This document shows, one piece after another, positions 1-38,643 of a stretch of DNA of 64,000 nt. This DNA is from the human T2T-CHM13v2.0 reference genome, Homo sapiens, in the NCBI RefSeq assembly GCF_009914755.1, contig NC_060931.1; one strand, given 5' to 3'. How positions within the stretch are numbered: position 1 is the stretch's first letter; each line of letters begins with the position of its first letter. The position numbers were made by a program, and so were the translations under genes. The notes below the pieces were generated by a model. The model worked only from the letters and a program-made list of their open reading frames with translations, was not told the origin of the DNA and did no database searches.

Positions 1-23
1 CTTGGTACTTTAAGAAACTCCAT
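1..23 (-). CDS. Possible start of a minus-strand ORF (MEFLKVP...), running off the window; could equally be a uORF or non-coding
   Basis: Minus-strand AAGATGG (strong Kozak) with ATG at 23-21. An in-frame TAG lies 13 codons upstream. A candidate acceptor (ttttattgctttAG|G) sits at 81/80, just downstream of the CpG-island promoter. Only 7 codons are visible. Confidence 0.25.
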
Positions 24-299
24 CTTGATCCTAGGTCTGGGTCGATCTGGGCGTTCCTGCTAATTTTCTGTTTTAAAAACCTAAAGCAATAAAAATGTTG
101 ATATTGACATTTATCATTTTTATCCTCGCCCTCTGCCTTGTTTTGCTGGGAGATCTGTTCCACTTGGCTGAGTTTAGGGAGGGCGGGGAAGCGGGGGAGA
201 AACCGAGGCGCAGGGTGGAGAAAGGGAGAAGCCTTGCAGACTGAACACATGAGAAAACCTGGAGAAGGGATTCGCTGCTGCTTATTTCAGGGAAGAAAA

Positions 300-1930
300 C
301 CGAGAAGTGAAGCACAGAGGGGTCAGGTTCCGGGAGCGGCGGGAAGGTTGTAGGGGGCCCCAGGGCAGGTCCTGGAGCTCAGGCAGCCGGCACCGGGAGC
401 CCAGCTCAGGCTGCGGGGTGCAACCGGGCAAGAGCGCTCGGGCTGCCGAAACGGGAGGAGATCAGAAAAAGGAGAGACATGGAAAAAAGGAGAGGAAGAG
501 GAGCAACACTCAAGAGGGAAGGAAGAAGGCAGACACTGAGGAACGCCCGCAGGAACCCGCAGACAAGCAGAGAGCCGGGCTGCGCTGGGAGCGGGGCCCG
601 CGGAAGGGGCGGGGCGCCAGGCGGCTCGAGGCCAATGGGAGGGCGGGCCGGGGCGAGGGCGGGGCACTAGGCGAAACGACGCCAATGGGAGGGCGGGCCG
701 GGGCGAGGGCGGGGAATTAGGCGGTGCGAGGCCAATGGGAGGGCGGGCCGGGTCCTCTGGGCTGAGGCGGGGTGCCAGGCGGCACGAAGCCAGTGGGAGG
801 GTGAGTTAGGGGCAGGGGCGGGGTCCCAAGCCAATGGAAGGGTGATACCGAGAGGGCGGGGCGCCAGGCGGCGAGAGAGCCAATGGGAGGCCGAGCCGAG
901 GACCGCGGGCGGTGGGCCTCCCCCCGAGAGGAGGGAGACCCGGAAGGCGGTGGGGGCGGGGAGTGGAGCTGACAACCTGTCAAATCCACTTTGGGACGAA
1001 CTAGGTCACGCGCTCCGCGGGTCGGGCACCCCCGCCCGCCAGGCACGGCCGCGGCTCCTTCCTCTTCCTGCCCGCGGTAGTGGGGGTGGGGCAGGCCTCG
1101 GGACACCTGCCTCCGCCGCCGGCCGCCGGCCGCCGTCCTCGCGCGGCTTCCCGGGCGGCTCTGCCCCGACCGTAGACTCCCGGCCCGCTCGCCGCGGCAG
1201 GAGCCGTGGTTCCGCGGACCTGGGCGCGCTCTCTCCCTGGCCACTGGGAGACCCCCCGCGGCCTCGCGGGGAAAACCTCGGGACTGCCCCGCGCCCCCGG
1301 CCGTCTCTGCGTCGCTCCTTCTCGCCCGCGACCGTGGACTCGTCCTCGCGAGCCTGGGTTGGCGGAAGCTGCGGGGGCCGGGGTCGCACTACTTGGCGCG
1401 GAAGGGCCGGCGGTGGGCGGAGGGATCCCCGTCCGCGGGGTGAGCCGCTGGGCGGAGCCGGGAGGAGCCGCGAGGATCCGCAGTGGGGAGCCGGGAGGAA
1501 CCTGGCGCCGGCACCCACCCGCCGCGCCCACGCGTGCCGCGGTCGCTTGTTTCCCGCGGGAGCCCGGCCGCGCTCGGGGGGAGGCGCGCGCGCAGCTGGG
1601 GCTGCCTGGGTCTAGGAGCTCCGGAGCCACCGTTTTGTGCCCGTGGAGCCGCGGGGAAGGCGCACGCGCTCGGGTCTTCCCGGCGGGTCGTCCTGCACTT
1701 TCTCCCTCTCCGGTACGGACCGCGGCGTTCTGTTTCCAGGCAAAGGAAAATAAGTCAAAGACTCAGAAGGCAGCCTGAATCCAGGGCCTGGGATGCAGGG
1801 TTTGCTGGAACGCCAGCCGGTGCGATCGCGCCCCTGGGATTCCGCTTAGCCCGCGCGTCCATTTCCCTGCATGGTGGACTCAGTAAAGCCGGATCTGTCC
1901 AACGCCTGCAGCGTGGATGTGGAGGCGGAC
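300..1930. promoter_or_regulatory. CpG island / probable bidirectional promoter
   Basis: Very high GC and abundant CpG over ~1.6 kb, with sharp AT-rich flanks, many GC boxes and CCAAT boxes, and no obvious TATA box. Confidence 0.92.
606..890 (+). promoter_or_regulatory. Tandem array of NF-Y (CCAAT) and Sp/KLF (GGGCGG) sites, ~50-bp period
   Basis: GCCAATGG with CCAAT at 632, 682, 732, 831 and 880, plus a degenerate CCAGT at 790; each is preceded and/or followed by GGGCGG(G). Confidence 0.88.
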
Positions 1931-2450
1931 TAATCAACTAGTGCTCTGTTATTATTTCTACCCATCCCTTTTCTCCATGCTAATTTGCTTAGAACTTTAA
2001 CATTGAATGGACAGCAAATGTCATGTTCTGTTTAATTATCACTCCTTGACCATTATGTTAATTTCTTTCCCTAACAAGGTGACGCATTGTTTTAAGTAAC
2101 AATGACCAACTCATCTACTCTTCTTCCAAATTGTGTAAATTGAAGGGTAAAATGTGGGAAAACGCTAAATTTGAATGCTAAATTTGAACATTTCACACAA
2201 CAATAATTTGAAATGCTTCTTTGCAATATTATGGCGTTTCGGAACAGATAAAAATACTTCATTTTCAGACATTTGGTCAACAAATACTTCTTGGACGTTT
2301 ATATGCAAAGCAATGCATGTAACATTTTCATTACTTTGCAAGTGTGCTTATCAGTAAAAGAATTTTGTTTTAAATTCTAGCCTTCGTTTAAATGTATTTT
2401 AGTTACCACATTGGGAAGAAAATAAAATATTACTATGTACGGAATGTACA
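950..2450 (+). ncRNA. Candidate divergent spliced lncRNA (intron 1440-1739)
   Basis: Donor G|GTGAGC at 1440, pyrimidine tract with ttctgtttccAG|G at 1739/1740, and AATAAA at 2421. Start position is a guess and there is no transcript evidence. Confidence 0.3.
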
Positions 2451-2491
2451 GACGTATGTTTTTTTATTTACAAAAAATAGAAAGAAAATAT

Positions 2492-2779
2492 GGCCGGGTG
2501 CTGTGGGTCACGCATGTAATCCCAGCACTTTGGGAGGCCGAGGCAGGCGGATCACCTGAGGTCAGGAGTTGGAAACTATCCTGACCAATATGGTGAAACC
2601 CACTCTCTACTAAAAGTACAAAAATGAGCCTGGGCGTGGTGGCGGGTGCCTGCAGTCCCAGCTGCTTGGGAGGCTGAGACGGGAAAATTTCTTGAACCCG
2701 GGAGGCGGAGGTTGCAGTGATTGTGCCACTGCACTCCAGCCTGGGCAACAGAGCGAGACTCCGTCTCAAAAAAAAAAAA
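2492..2779 (+). mobile_element. AluS
   Basis: Full dimeric Alu with A-tail. Confidence 0.95.
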
Positions 2780-3102
2780 TCTATATCTATATATATATAT
2801 AGATATATAAAGATATAGATATATAGATATCTATATCTAGGTCTATATAAGTATATATCTATAGATATCTATATATAGGTCTATATAGATATATGTATAG
2901 ATATATATAGATACCTATATATCTAGATAAATGTATAGATATATAGATCTATAGAGATATCTATAGATCTATATAGATGTATGTATAGATATATAGATCT
3001 ATGGAGATCTCTATAGATCTATATAGATATATGTATAGATATATAGATATCTATATATAGATATATAGGTCTATATATAGATATCTATATATAGATATAT
3101 AT
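2780..3102. repeat. Complex (TA)/(TATAGA)-type low-complexity repeat grown from an Alu tail
   Basis: TA/GA/TC-rich tract with a ~50-bp higher-order duplication (2933-2982, 2983-3032). Confidence 0.9.
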
Positions 3103-3429
3103 GTTCCTTAAATTCAACATTAAGAATGAGCTTATTCATAATTAGCTGTAGTATTACACTTGAACTACCATATTTATTACATTTATAAATACTATTTATA
3201 AATAGTAATATAAATAGTAAATGCTATTAACATTTAGTAAATGCTATTAAGGTAGGAATAGAGGTTCCAATCTTTTAAATAGAAATTAAATACAAACAAA
3301 GCAACAAAAAGAGACCTTTCATATATGGTTATTGGCTTGTCATTGTAGCCAGTTCCTTACTGCCAGCTAATTTTCCAAAGGGAATCGTTGCTTTCTGTTT
3401 TGACCAATTGGCAACCTCAACAGTGCTAG

Positions 3430-3801
<372 letters not shown>

Positions 3802-4073
3802 CTCTTTTTTTTTTTCGTTTTTTTTTTTTTTTTGTGCTCATCATTTTGATCTTAATACCCACTAAAAAGATAATAAAACCACAAGTGTTTTTCTTCAGAT
3901 CACGAGATTGTCAATAATAGAAAGTCAACACTGTCAAATCATGAGAATGAATTGCATATCATTGTACAAAAATTGAATACTGGAATTTAGCTCCTAGATC
4001 TATTATATTACCATAATAAGAAAAACTAAAGAATTAAAAAATCTAAACAAAATGCAATCCTAAATGATATTGC

Positions 4074-4378
4074 GGCCAGGCACAGTGGTTCACACCTGTA
4101 ATTCAGCATTTTCGGAGGCCAGAGCAGATGGTGGCTTGAGCCCAGGAGTTGGAGACTAGCCTAGGGAACATGGCAAAACCTCATCTCTACAGAAAGGAAA
4201 AAAGGCAAAACCTCATCTATACAAAAAATTAGCTGGGCGTAGTGGCACATAGCTGTAGACCTAGCTACTCAAGAGGCAGAGGCAGGAGGATTGCGTGAGA
4301 ACGGGATGTCGAGACTGCAGTGAGCCATAATGGCGCCACTGCACCCCAGCCTGGGCAACAGAGCAAGACCCTGTCTCG
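4074..4378 (+). mobile_element. AluJ-like, no A-tail, internal duplication at the linker
   Basis: Diverged Alu; GGCAAAACCTCATCT occurs twice in the mid-region. Confidence 0.85.
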
Positions 4379-4468
4379 AGACAAGTTCGTCTTGCTGCAT
4401 TTCAGTATTTTTAACTCCTTTAATGTAGTGTAGACAATTTTGATATGATGTGTCACATCTTTTTTTAA

Positions 4469-5445
<977 letters not shown>

Positions 5446-5929
5446 CTTTGCCTTAATTATTTCTTCTGTTATATCCCCTGCTAGCAAACTTTTGGAATAG
5501 GTTTGGGAAATTAATTACCTTTATAAATGGAGTTACTATTTTGCCCAAACATTTCATGTATAATTCTGTAAGGATGATTTTTATAATTTCCTACCCAAAT
5601 GTCTTGGCACAGTTTTATTTCTCAATTGGTAGTGAATTTCCTAGACTAGGAGGAAAAAGCAGTAAGTCTTCTTACTGCTTCTGGGGAGAAGGGTGGGTGG
5701 CTTTACCTTGGTAAGGACATTCTCAGGGCAGCTCAGAATGCTGAGGTTGAGGACTCTGTGGTTGGAAATTCAGCTCAAACCCAAAGGGGTGGAATATTTT
5801 GTGAATGGGAAACAAATACACCTTGAGTTGGAAGTTACAAATCAGTGGTCACAGATATGTATTGTTTGTCTCTACAATGTCTAGAAATTTTAACATTAGT
5901 TTCCAAGATTTAAAAAATAAGAGATTTCA

Positions 5930-6296
<367 letters not shown>

Positions 6297-6449
6297 TCAG
6301 TCAGATTTGGCCATTTCTTGCACGATTACCTGCGGTATTGCTGACTAGCTGCTGCCCTCTTTACACAGGGTGTACACTCCATATATCAGGCTCAGTACAG
6401 TCATTTATCTTCACCACCTGGCCACTGCAGGGATCTGTGTTTGGAATAC

Positions 6450-9991
<3,542 letters not shown>

Positions 9992-10014
9992 AATACTCTA
10001 GGTCATATAAATTG

Positions 10015-11010
<996 letters not shown>

Positions 11011-11264
11011 AATAATTATAATAGTGAATAATAATAATGACGACAGTCCTTGCCTTGATTCAAATGAACATCACTGGAAATCTTGACTAATTAGAACCTA
11101 GCAATAGTAGTCAACTGTGAAAGATTATACTAGAAGAAGAAATTCCCCAAAGTACTACAGAACTAATAACGATGATGACAATAACAATGTCTTGACATTG
11201 AGCAGAGTGCTGGACATTGTTCTAAATAATTTATATACACTATGTCGTCATATTTTAGTTTCCT

Positions 11265-11361
11265 CATTGTGCACATGTACCCTAAAACTTAAAGTATAAT
11301 AATAAAAAAAAGAAACACACACAAATAAATAAATGAACTCTACACAGCAAAAAAAAAAAAA
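11265..11361 (+). mobile_element. Extremely 5'-truncated L1PA 3' end with a probable 3' transduction
   Basis: CATTGTGCACATGTACCCTAAAACTTAAAGTATAATAAT plus A-tail, then 37 nt of non-L1 sequence and a second A-tail; 15-bp direct repeat at 11250-11264 and 11366-11380. Confidence 0.8.
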
Positions 11362-11429
11362 TTAAATATTTTAGTTTCCTATTTGCTACCTCATCTTCCT
11401 TTACTTTTTTTTCCTTTTCTTTCTTCTTC

Positions 11430-13393
<1,964 letters not shown>

Positions 13394-13881
13394 TGGTGTT
13401 AGTTTTTTAATTGATTAAAATACATTTAAAAGGATAGAATAAAAGGGCAGATGAAAATATGGCAAAATCATAGCAGTTATGGATTTCCAAAAATTTTTCT
13501 AGTGACATGTTGTACATACACAATCAGGGAAGAAACTAAAAATCAAACTGAGCATGTGCTTATTGAGTTTTAGTTCCATAAAAGAAACAAAAAAATTATA
13601 CTACAGCTACAGATGTTACTGTCTCCAGATTTCAAAAATGTTTTCCAACTATCTCAAGGGAACTGGGCAAGAGAGAACAGATGGCTGAGCATAACCTACT
13701 CCCAATGCTAGAGAAGTAAATCAAAGTGCATTTCATACTGATGCTACCTCAGTAATACCGGCTTTGAGCAGAGAGGGATGGTGTGAATTATTTTCCCCCA
13801 CTGTAACCCTTAAAGCCCGCCCGTCCCCCAGCTTTGTTTGAGGAAGGATAGTCTATGACGGATGGATAGCATCTAAGAAGG

Positions 13882-14920
<1,039 letters not shown>

Positions 14921-15292
14921 AAGACAAGTATAACAACCAAACAAATTCCAAACTGCATTGACTTTTTCTACAGCAAGGAAATTTTGATTTGAACCAAAGA
15001 ATCCTTCATTTCATTTTGTAGCAGGCTCCAGTCCCTTTTGGGAAAGGTAAGGGTATATATAATGAATAAATAAATAATATCACTGTATTTTGCATTGGCA
15101 GAAAAAAAATCTGTATGTGCAAGCAACAATCTTTTCCTTGTTTCAATATTAAATTGCTTACTTGGACTAAAGTAAACCTTTAGAAGTATAAAACTGCTTG
15201 GTATTCGTATCAGTTAGCATAAATTCAAAGGAAATCAATCAGCATAACCAAATGACATTGAGTCAATGTTGACTTACTCTTCTACTGGACTT

Positions 15293-16181
<889 letters not shown>

Positions 16182-16253
16182 AAGACTTCTTTTTATTTAC
16201 ATTTCATGGGAATTATATTTTGGAGATGCCTAAGGCACAGAAAACTTAAATGA

Positions 16254-16737
16254 TGCTATAGACTGAATTGTTTTCCCCCACCCATTCATGCGTTTAACCC
16301 CTAACCCCCAATATCACTGTATCTGGAGACAGGATCTTTAGGAGGTAATTAAGGTTAAGAGAGGTGCACTGATCCCAGCCCCTCTCTCTGCCACATGAGG
16401 ACACTTAGAGAAGGTGGCAGCCACAAAGCAGGAAGACCGCTCTTGCCAGAAGCAGCAGCTGCAGGCACACTGATCTTGGGCTTCCTAGTCTCCAGAACTG
16501 TGAAAATAAATTTATGTTTATTTATTTACAGACAAGGTCTCACTCTGTTGCCCAGGCTGGATTGCAGTGTCATGATCATGGCTCACTGCAGCCTCAAATT
16601 CCTAGACTCAGGTGATTCTCCCACCTTGGCCTCCCAAAGTGCTGGGATTACAGGCATGAGCTACCATGCCCAGCCAATTCTGTTGTTTAAGCCACCCAGT
16701 CTGTGTGTTTTGTTATAGCAGCCGGCAGACTCATACA
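16254..16737 (+). mobile_element. MLT1A-like solo LTR with an Alu monomer(-) inside (~16513-16676)
   Basis: TG...CA termini; perfect TSD AATGA at 16249-16253 and 16738-16742; tccagaactgtga and gtttaagccacccagtct motifs. Confidence 0.82.
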
Positions 16738-16882
16738 AATGACCTGCCTAAACCCTTGACTGTCTCCTTTGTAGCTTTCAGGTCTTCATCTTACATATGT
16801 CTTCATTATTTCCTTTTCTGAAGAAATGACACCCAGTCCACCCTAGCAAAAGTAAGCCCCATGCTCATTCTCTGTCAGAGCA

Positions 16883-17635
<753 letters not shown>

Positions 17636-17987
17636 TCACGGAGACCCTCTCTCTCTTGCTCTGTCAAGTGCCTTCTCAAGGCGGAAGGCCTCACACATGG
17701 CAGGCAGTACAAGGAAATCCTCTGTCTATCAACAACTGTGCCCTATCGGGCTGAGCAAATAGGCCTGAGGACTTTAGTTTTCCAGTCACAATGAAGAACA
17801 TGTAATAAGTGGGGCCAGTGGAAGCTGTTTCCAACCTAGGCTAGGCAATTAACCCACTGACTCAATGTGATGATGCTGTCTTGATTTGATTCTCTACTTC
17901 ATTCAAAACAGGCTCAGACTGAATAGAAAAGAGAATCTGTTCAAAGTTTGGTTACAGATTCCACTTGTTAATTGATGATGATGGTGA

Positions 17988-18539
<552 letters not shown>

Positions 18540-18623
18540 TGACAAGGTGGTAGATAAACTTCTCCATGGCCAAAGATGGCATGCTCCCTGTAGAACCTGC
18601 TCCCTTCAGAAACTCCCCCACCA

Positions 18624-19822
<1,199 letters not shown>

Positions 19823-20504
19823 TTTAGCCGAGAGAGGAAAGGGAAAGGCTCTTTTGCATTAGAGTTTAGAGAACTGATTGTAGAGCTAACAGGCAACTTG
19901 CAGGCCAGCGTTCCCTCAAGTAGAAATGAACTCTAATACCCATGATCAAGCCCAGGAACGTGTTGGTTTCTTTTTTCTATGCCTCTAAGAAGTTAATTAA
20001 TTCCAGCTGAGTCCTAGCCTTTCCTGGCCAACGTACCTGGCTATCTCCACAGTCAATCTCACACCTATGAAAGCTTATACTTTTTCTAAGGGATGGTGTA
20101 ATAGTTGGGAGAGCTAACCCAGGATTAGACAGGCCAAGGTGGTCCAAGTTGGGAATTTAATTATATAAGTGCATAACTCACCATTTTCTACTTTTCCTGA
20201 CATATAGATACAAACCCTCAAAATGACAGGAAAGTAAATTTTAAAATGAAGGAAGGGCAGGAAGGAAGAAAAGAAGAAAGGGAGTTCAAATGTTAAACAT
20301 TAAAATGGTCTACTCTCTTGAGTACACCTGCAGATATTCCTCAAGTTCTAGCATTGGCCCATCTCTCTCTCTTTCTCTTCCATGATGATTTTGTAACTTA
20401 GGTACTGTTTGCCAAATGTCCAACCTAACTTTCAAACAATATTCAGAGCAGCTGTTTTCAATTCTCATCTTTATGCAGTGAACTCTGAAATCCACATCTC
20501 TATT

Positions 20505-22100
<1,596 letters not shown>

Positions 22101-22360
22101 TCTATTTCCTTCTTTCTATTCCCAGTATTATCCCTTTAGTTTAAACACCATGAAAGCACATCTTGGTTTCTTGTTTTCCCTGCTCCTACTCATGCCTGAC
22201 AAATCCTTTCAATGTATGGTTCTGATCATATTAGCCCTCATTTCAAAACCTTCCTGCCATGTGCCTTAGTCAGGCAGTCATATCTGTTAATGATGAGGCC
22301 CCTGCCTCTTAGCCAAGCTTGTTAAGTATCCTCTACTCCCCCCATTAAAAAAAAAAAATA

Positions 22361-23335
<975 letters not shown>

Positions 23336-24037
23336 AGAAGAAGAAGAAGAGGAACAAGCCTGTTGCTTATTTCAAGAGATTCTCAGGCTTATTTCCAGAG
23401 ATTCTCAGTTTTTTCTCACATGGTGTTCCTGTCCACCATACTTTAAGAAACATTGAGCTAAGAGGTTCTTTGTTAATTTCACGTCAGGTGGATTCATGAA
23501 TACGTCGACTTGTTGGAGTTTCGTGATATAAATCCAGCCATACTAGCAAACTGTTAACAGTCCTGAAAACAGTGTAAAGTTTTTCATATACCAGGACTGA
23601 AAACTCAAGTGGATGGGTAGGTTGAGGGTTCACTGCTGAGGACCACAGGAAGTGGTAGGACTACAAGGGACTACGGAGCATCTCTGGTATTCACCTTTCA
23701 GTAACGATTTCCATCTGAGAATTTGGAGCAACTACTGCCAGAATTTCCATTTTCCCAGAAAGTTGGAAATCCAGAATTTTAGGTGACATTTCCAGATTAT
23801 TACATGGTAACTTAAGGTTTTAACAACTCTGTGAGGTTTGATATAACCCAGTTGCAATTGATTTAATCCAACAATTAGCTTTCATAATTGAAGTGTAAAT
23901 AGAAGTAAATGTTGGTTTGTTTTGCTGCAGAATGACATAAACCATTATTTCATCTATATAGTGACAAGAAATCCACAGAAATGAAGAGACAGGCTCATTT
24001 TAGGATTTCCTGGAATCATTAATTTTTAAAAAATTAT

Positions 24038-24308
24038 TTTCTCTCTCCTTCCTTCCTTCCTCTCTCTTCCCTTCCTTTCCCTTTCCTCTTCCTTTCCTTT
24101 CCCTTCTTCCCTTTCCTTCCTTTCTTTTTCTCTTTCCCTTCCCTTCCCCTTCCCCTTTCCCTTCCCCTCCCCTTCCCCTTTCCCTTCCCCTCCCCTTCCC
24201 CTTTCCCTTCCCCTCCCCTTCCCCTTTCCCTTCCCCTCCCCTTCCCCTTTCCCTTTCCCTCCCCCTCTCCCTTTCCTTTTCTCTTTCCTTTCCTTTTTCT
24301 CTCTCCCT
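24038..24308. repeat. (CCCTT/CCCCTT)n polypyrimidine mirror-repeat tract
   Basis: ~270 bp of only C/T on the + strand. Confidence 0.95.
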
Positions 24309-24309
24309 G

Positions 24310-25752
<1,443 letters not shown>

Positions 25753-25992
25753 TTAAATTATAAGTGTAGCCCCTTGTTTCATTTTACTATTTAAGAGACA
25801 TGAGTCATACTTCTATGCTGTGCTGGAAATGGCGGAGAATTGACAAGTATGGAATTTCCCAGCCCCCAACTGTAGGATCCTGAAAATGACAGAATTGTAA
25901 ACAGATATTTCACGTTAATACAAAGACCTCAGAATAGGCTTTTTTATTCCCACGCCAGTCCCATCTTTATTCTAACGTGCCACGCTCCAATG

Positions 25993-26450
25993 CAGCGGTT
26001 CTCAGCGTGTGGCCTGAGGACCCCTGGGATTCTGGAGGCCCTTTCGATGGGTCTGTGAGGCCCTTCGTTTTCCAACTTCATATCCATGTGAGGCCAGATA
26101 CTCTTCATGTAATTCAACCAAAACATCAGACTGCAATAGATTGAATGTAGATATGAGAACCAGCTGTCCTCTATTAAGCCAGATAGCAAAGAGATTCATA
26201 AAACTGTAAAACAATGCCACTCTTTATGGTGTCTTTTGTTTTGGAGAATATAATTATTTTTAATAAAAATGTGTTCTTTACATTAACATGATGGGTTTAT
26301 TGTTCTTTTAAAATGAAGTAATGAAGTGTTTTTAAATTTTCTCAATTTTAGTTTCTAATATGGTAAATATCAAAAAATATGATCCACATAAACGAACCTC
26401 CTGGTGGGTTCTTTGTAATTTTTAGGAGCGTGAAAGTGTCCTGAAACCAA
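25993..26450 (+). mobile_element. Charlie1-type hAT DNA transposon fossil (internally deleted, right TIR lost)
   Basis: CAGCGGTTCTCA...ggacccctggg start and ...ccacataaac...gtcctgaaaccaa end match Charlie1 as recalled. Confidence 0.75.
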
Positions 26451-29129
<2,679 letters not shown>

Positions 29130-29814
29130 CTACCACTATAATATAAAAACAAGAATTCAACAGAGATAATAATGCCTTAAACTTTTTAAAAAGATTACTA
29201 GTTGGAGCTTTTCTTACTTTTCTCAAGTATATATTCTTTACTATAATGTCTGTTCAGCTTTCAGAAAATTAACAGGTTATATTGTCAAAAAGGTTTTCCA
29301 AAGTTCTAGGTTATAAACTACAGCTCTGTAACAGGAATAGGGGAGGAAAAAGCAGGTTAGAGACATTCCATTTTTTACTTTATAGCTTGAAAATTGCTTT
29401 AATTTTCATGCAGGAAGCAGGTATTGCTTTTGTAATTGAGGCTTTTTAATTAAAAAAAATTTTCCCCATTGTTTAATATCTGGAAAAAAATAATCTTAAC
29501 TTCAAAGTGTTAGCTATTATCCTATGTTGTTATAGTAGAGAGCTTTTTGAGACAAAAATTACTTCTAGCTGATGCTTTTATAATCCAGAATCAGATTTTA
29601 AAGCAGGTGCAGATCCTAAGTGAAGCACAAGCCTGTATCTTCTTGAAGTAGGGTAACATTTTCTGGATTCTGCAGCTATGAATTACAGGATATAAAATTT
29701 ATCGGGCAGCTCTCAGAACCAGGACAGGCTCAGAGGGGTTCGAGGACAATATTTTAAAATATTAACTGAAATCTCCTTCACAATTTTTTATATTGTCCTT
29801 TTCCCATTAGGAAA

Positions 29815-31512
<1,698 letters not shown>

Positions 31513-31539
31513 CTCTCACTATTTGCAACAGTAATAGTA

Positions 31540-33160
<1,621 letters not shown>

Positions 33161-33189
33161 TTTTGTTATATGAGATGAATTGTGCTTAG

Positions 33190-35639
<2,450 letters not shown>

Positions 35640-36030
35640 TGTCATTATTTATTTCCTAAAGGCATTAGACAAGTTCCTAAGACATGGCAAAATTTGAATA
35701 TGAACCAGGTCTGTTTTCTGTAAAACTTTGTTATTTTCAGTAAATTATTCTTCTTACCACTAATGTTTACAAAAATGGCAGCTGTATACTATTAAAGATT
35801 TGCAGAGAATACAAAGTCAAAATATCAGTAGCCACTGAGAGCTTTAACTGAAGCTCTCAGATAAATATTTAAAGACCTAGGACTTTTAAAGGGACTATTT
35901 ACAGTGGAATAGTGTCATAAACTGAATTTTGAAAAAACAAACAGAAAGTGTAAAAGAAAGCTCTCCAAGGGACCAATACTTTAATTTCAGGAGTGTTCTC
36001 ATCCTTTGTAACATGGTATTTTCTATATAG

Positions 36031-38045
<2,015 letters not shown>

Positions 38046-38082
<37 letters not shown>
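38046..38082. repeat. (CA)n microsatellite
   Basis: About 18 perfect units. Confidence 0.97.
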
Positions 38083-38087
<5 letters not shown>

Positions 38088-38479
38088 TTTGGTGACAGGG
38101 TTAGAGAAAAATAATATCTACTTTCATGGCTTACAACTCTGGTTTTACAACAGAAGTAAAAAAAATTTTATTCTAATAGCATGATTTATCTTTGCCAATT
38201 TTTGAAAATTTTTATTTTATTTTATTTTATTTTTTGGAGAGAAGTGCACAGTCATAGCTCATCAGAACAGAATATCTTACCAGGAGGCATGTCACCCTTG
38301 TCTCCTTAAAACCTTTCCCCGCACACACACAAAACACTCTCATTTTGGATTTTGTGCCTATGTTCATGTCATTCCCTCTGTTTGCAATTGCTTTCTTTCC
38401 CACCAATCAACTAACTGCGCTAATTACTAAGTCTTGATCTTCTCCTCCATGAAGGCTTCCTGGATTGGTCTAGTCTACA

Positions 38480-38643
38480 ACAGTAGTTCTCAAAGCACAG
38501 TACGGCAGCAGCAGTGTCACCTGGGACTGGAAATTCACTCCTGCAACCCCAGACCTACTGAGCTGGCAACCCTGGGGGGCCCAGCACTCTGTGTCATTGA
38601 GTCTAAGATGCTTTTGATGTGACTCAGATTAGCTTGTCACTGC
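38480..38643. mobile_element. MER5A-like DNA transposon fossil
   Basis: cagtagttctcaaag...ccccagacctactga...gggcccagca. Confidence 0.65.

Noticed and set aside
606-890. CRISPR-like look of the 50-bp repeat with variable spacers
   Set aside because: Eukaryotic promoter context, the spacers are homologous to each other, and there are no cas genes. The boxes are also not ERSE elements (no CCACG 9 nt downstream).
842-1778. Long overlapping ORFs (170-257 aa) in the CpG island
   Set aside because: They are open in several frames on both strands, are Arg/Gly/Pro/Ala-rich and mostly have non-ATG starts, as expected from stop-codon scarcity at high GC
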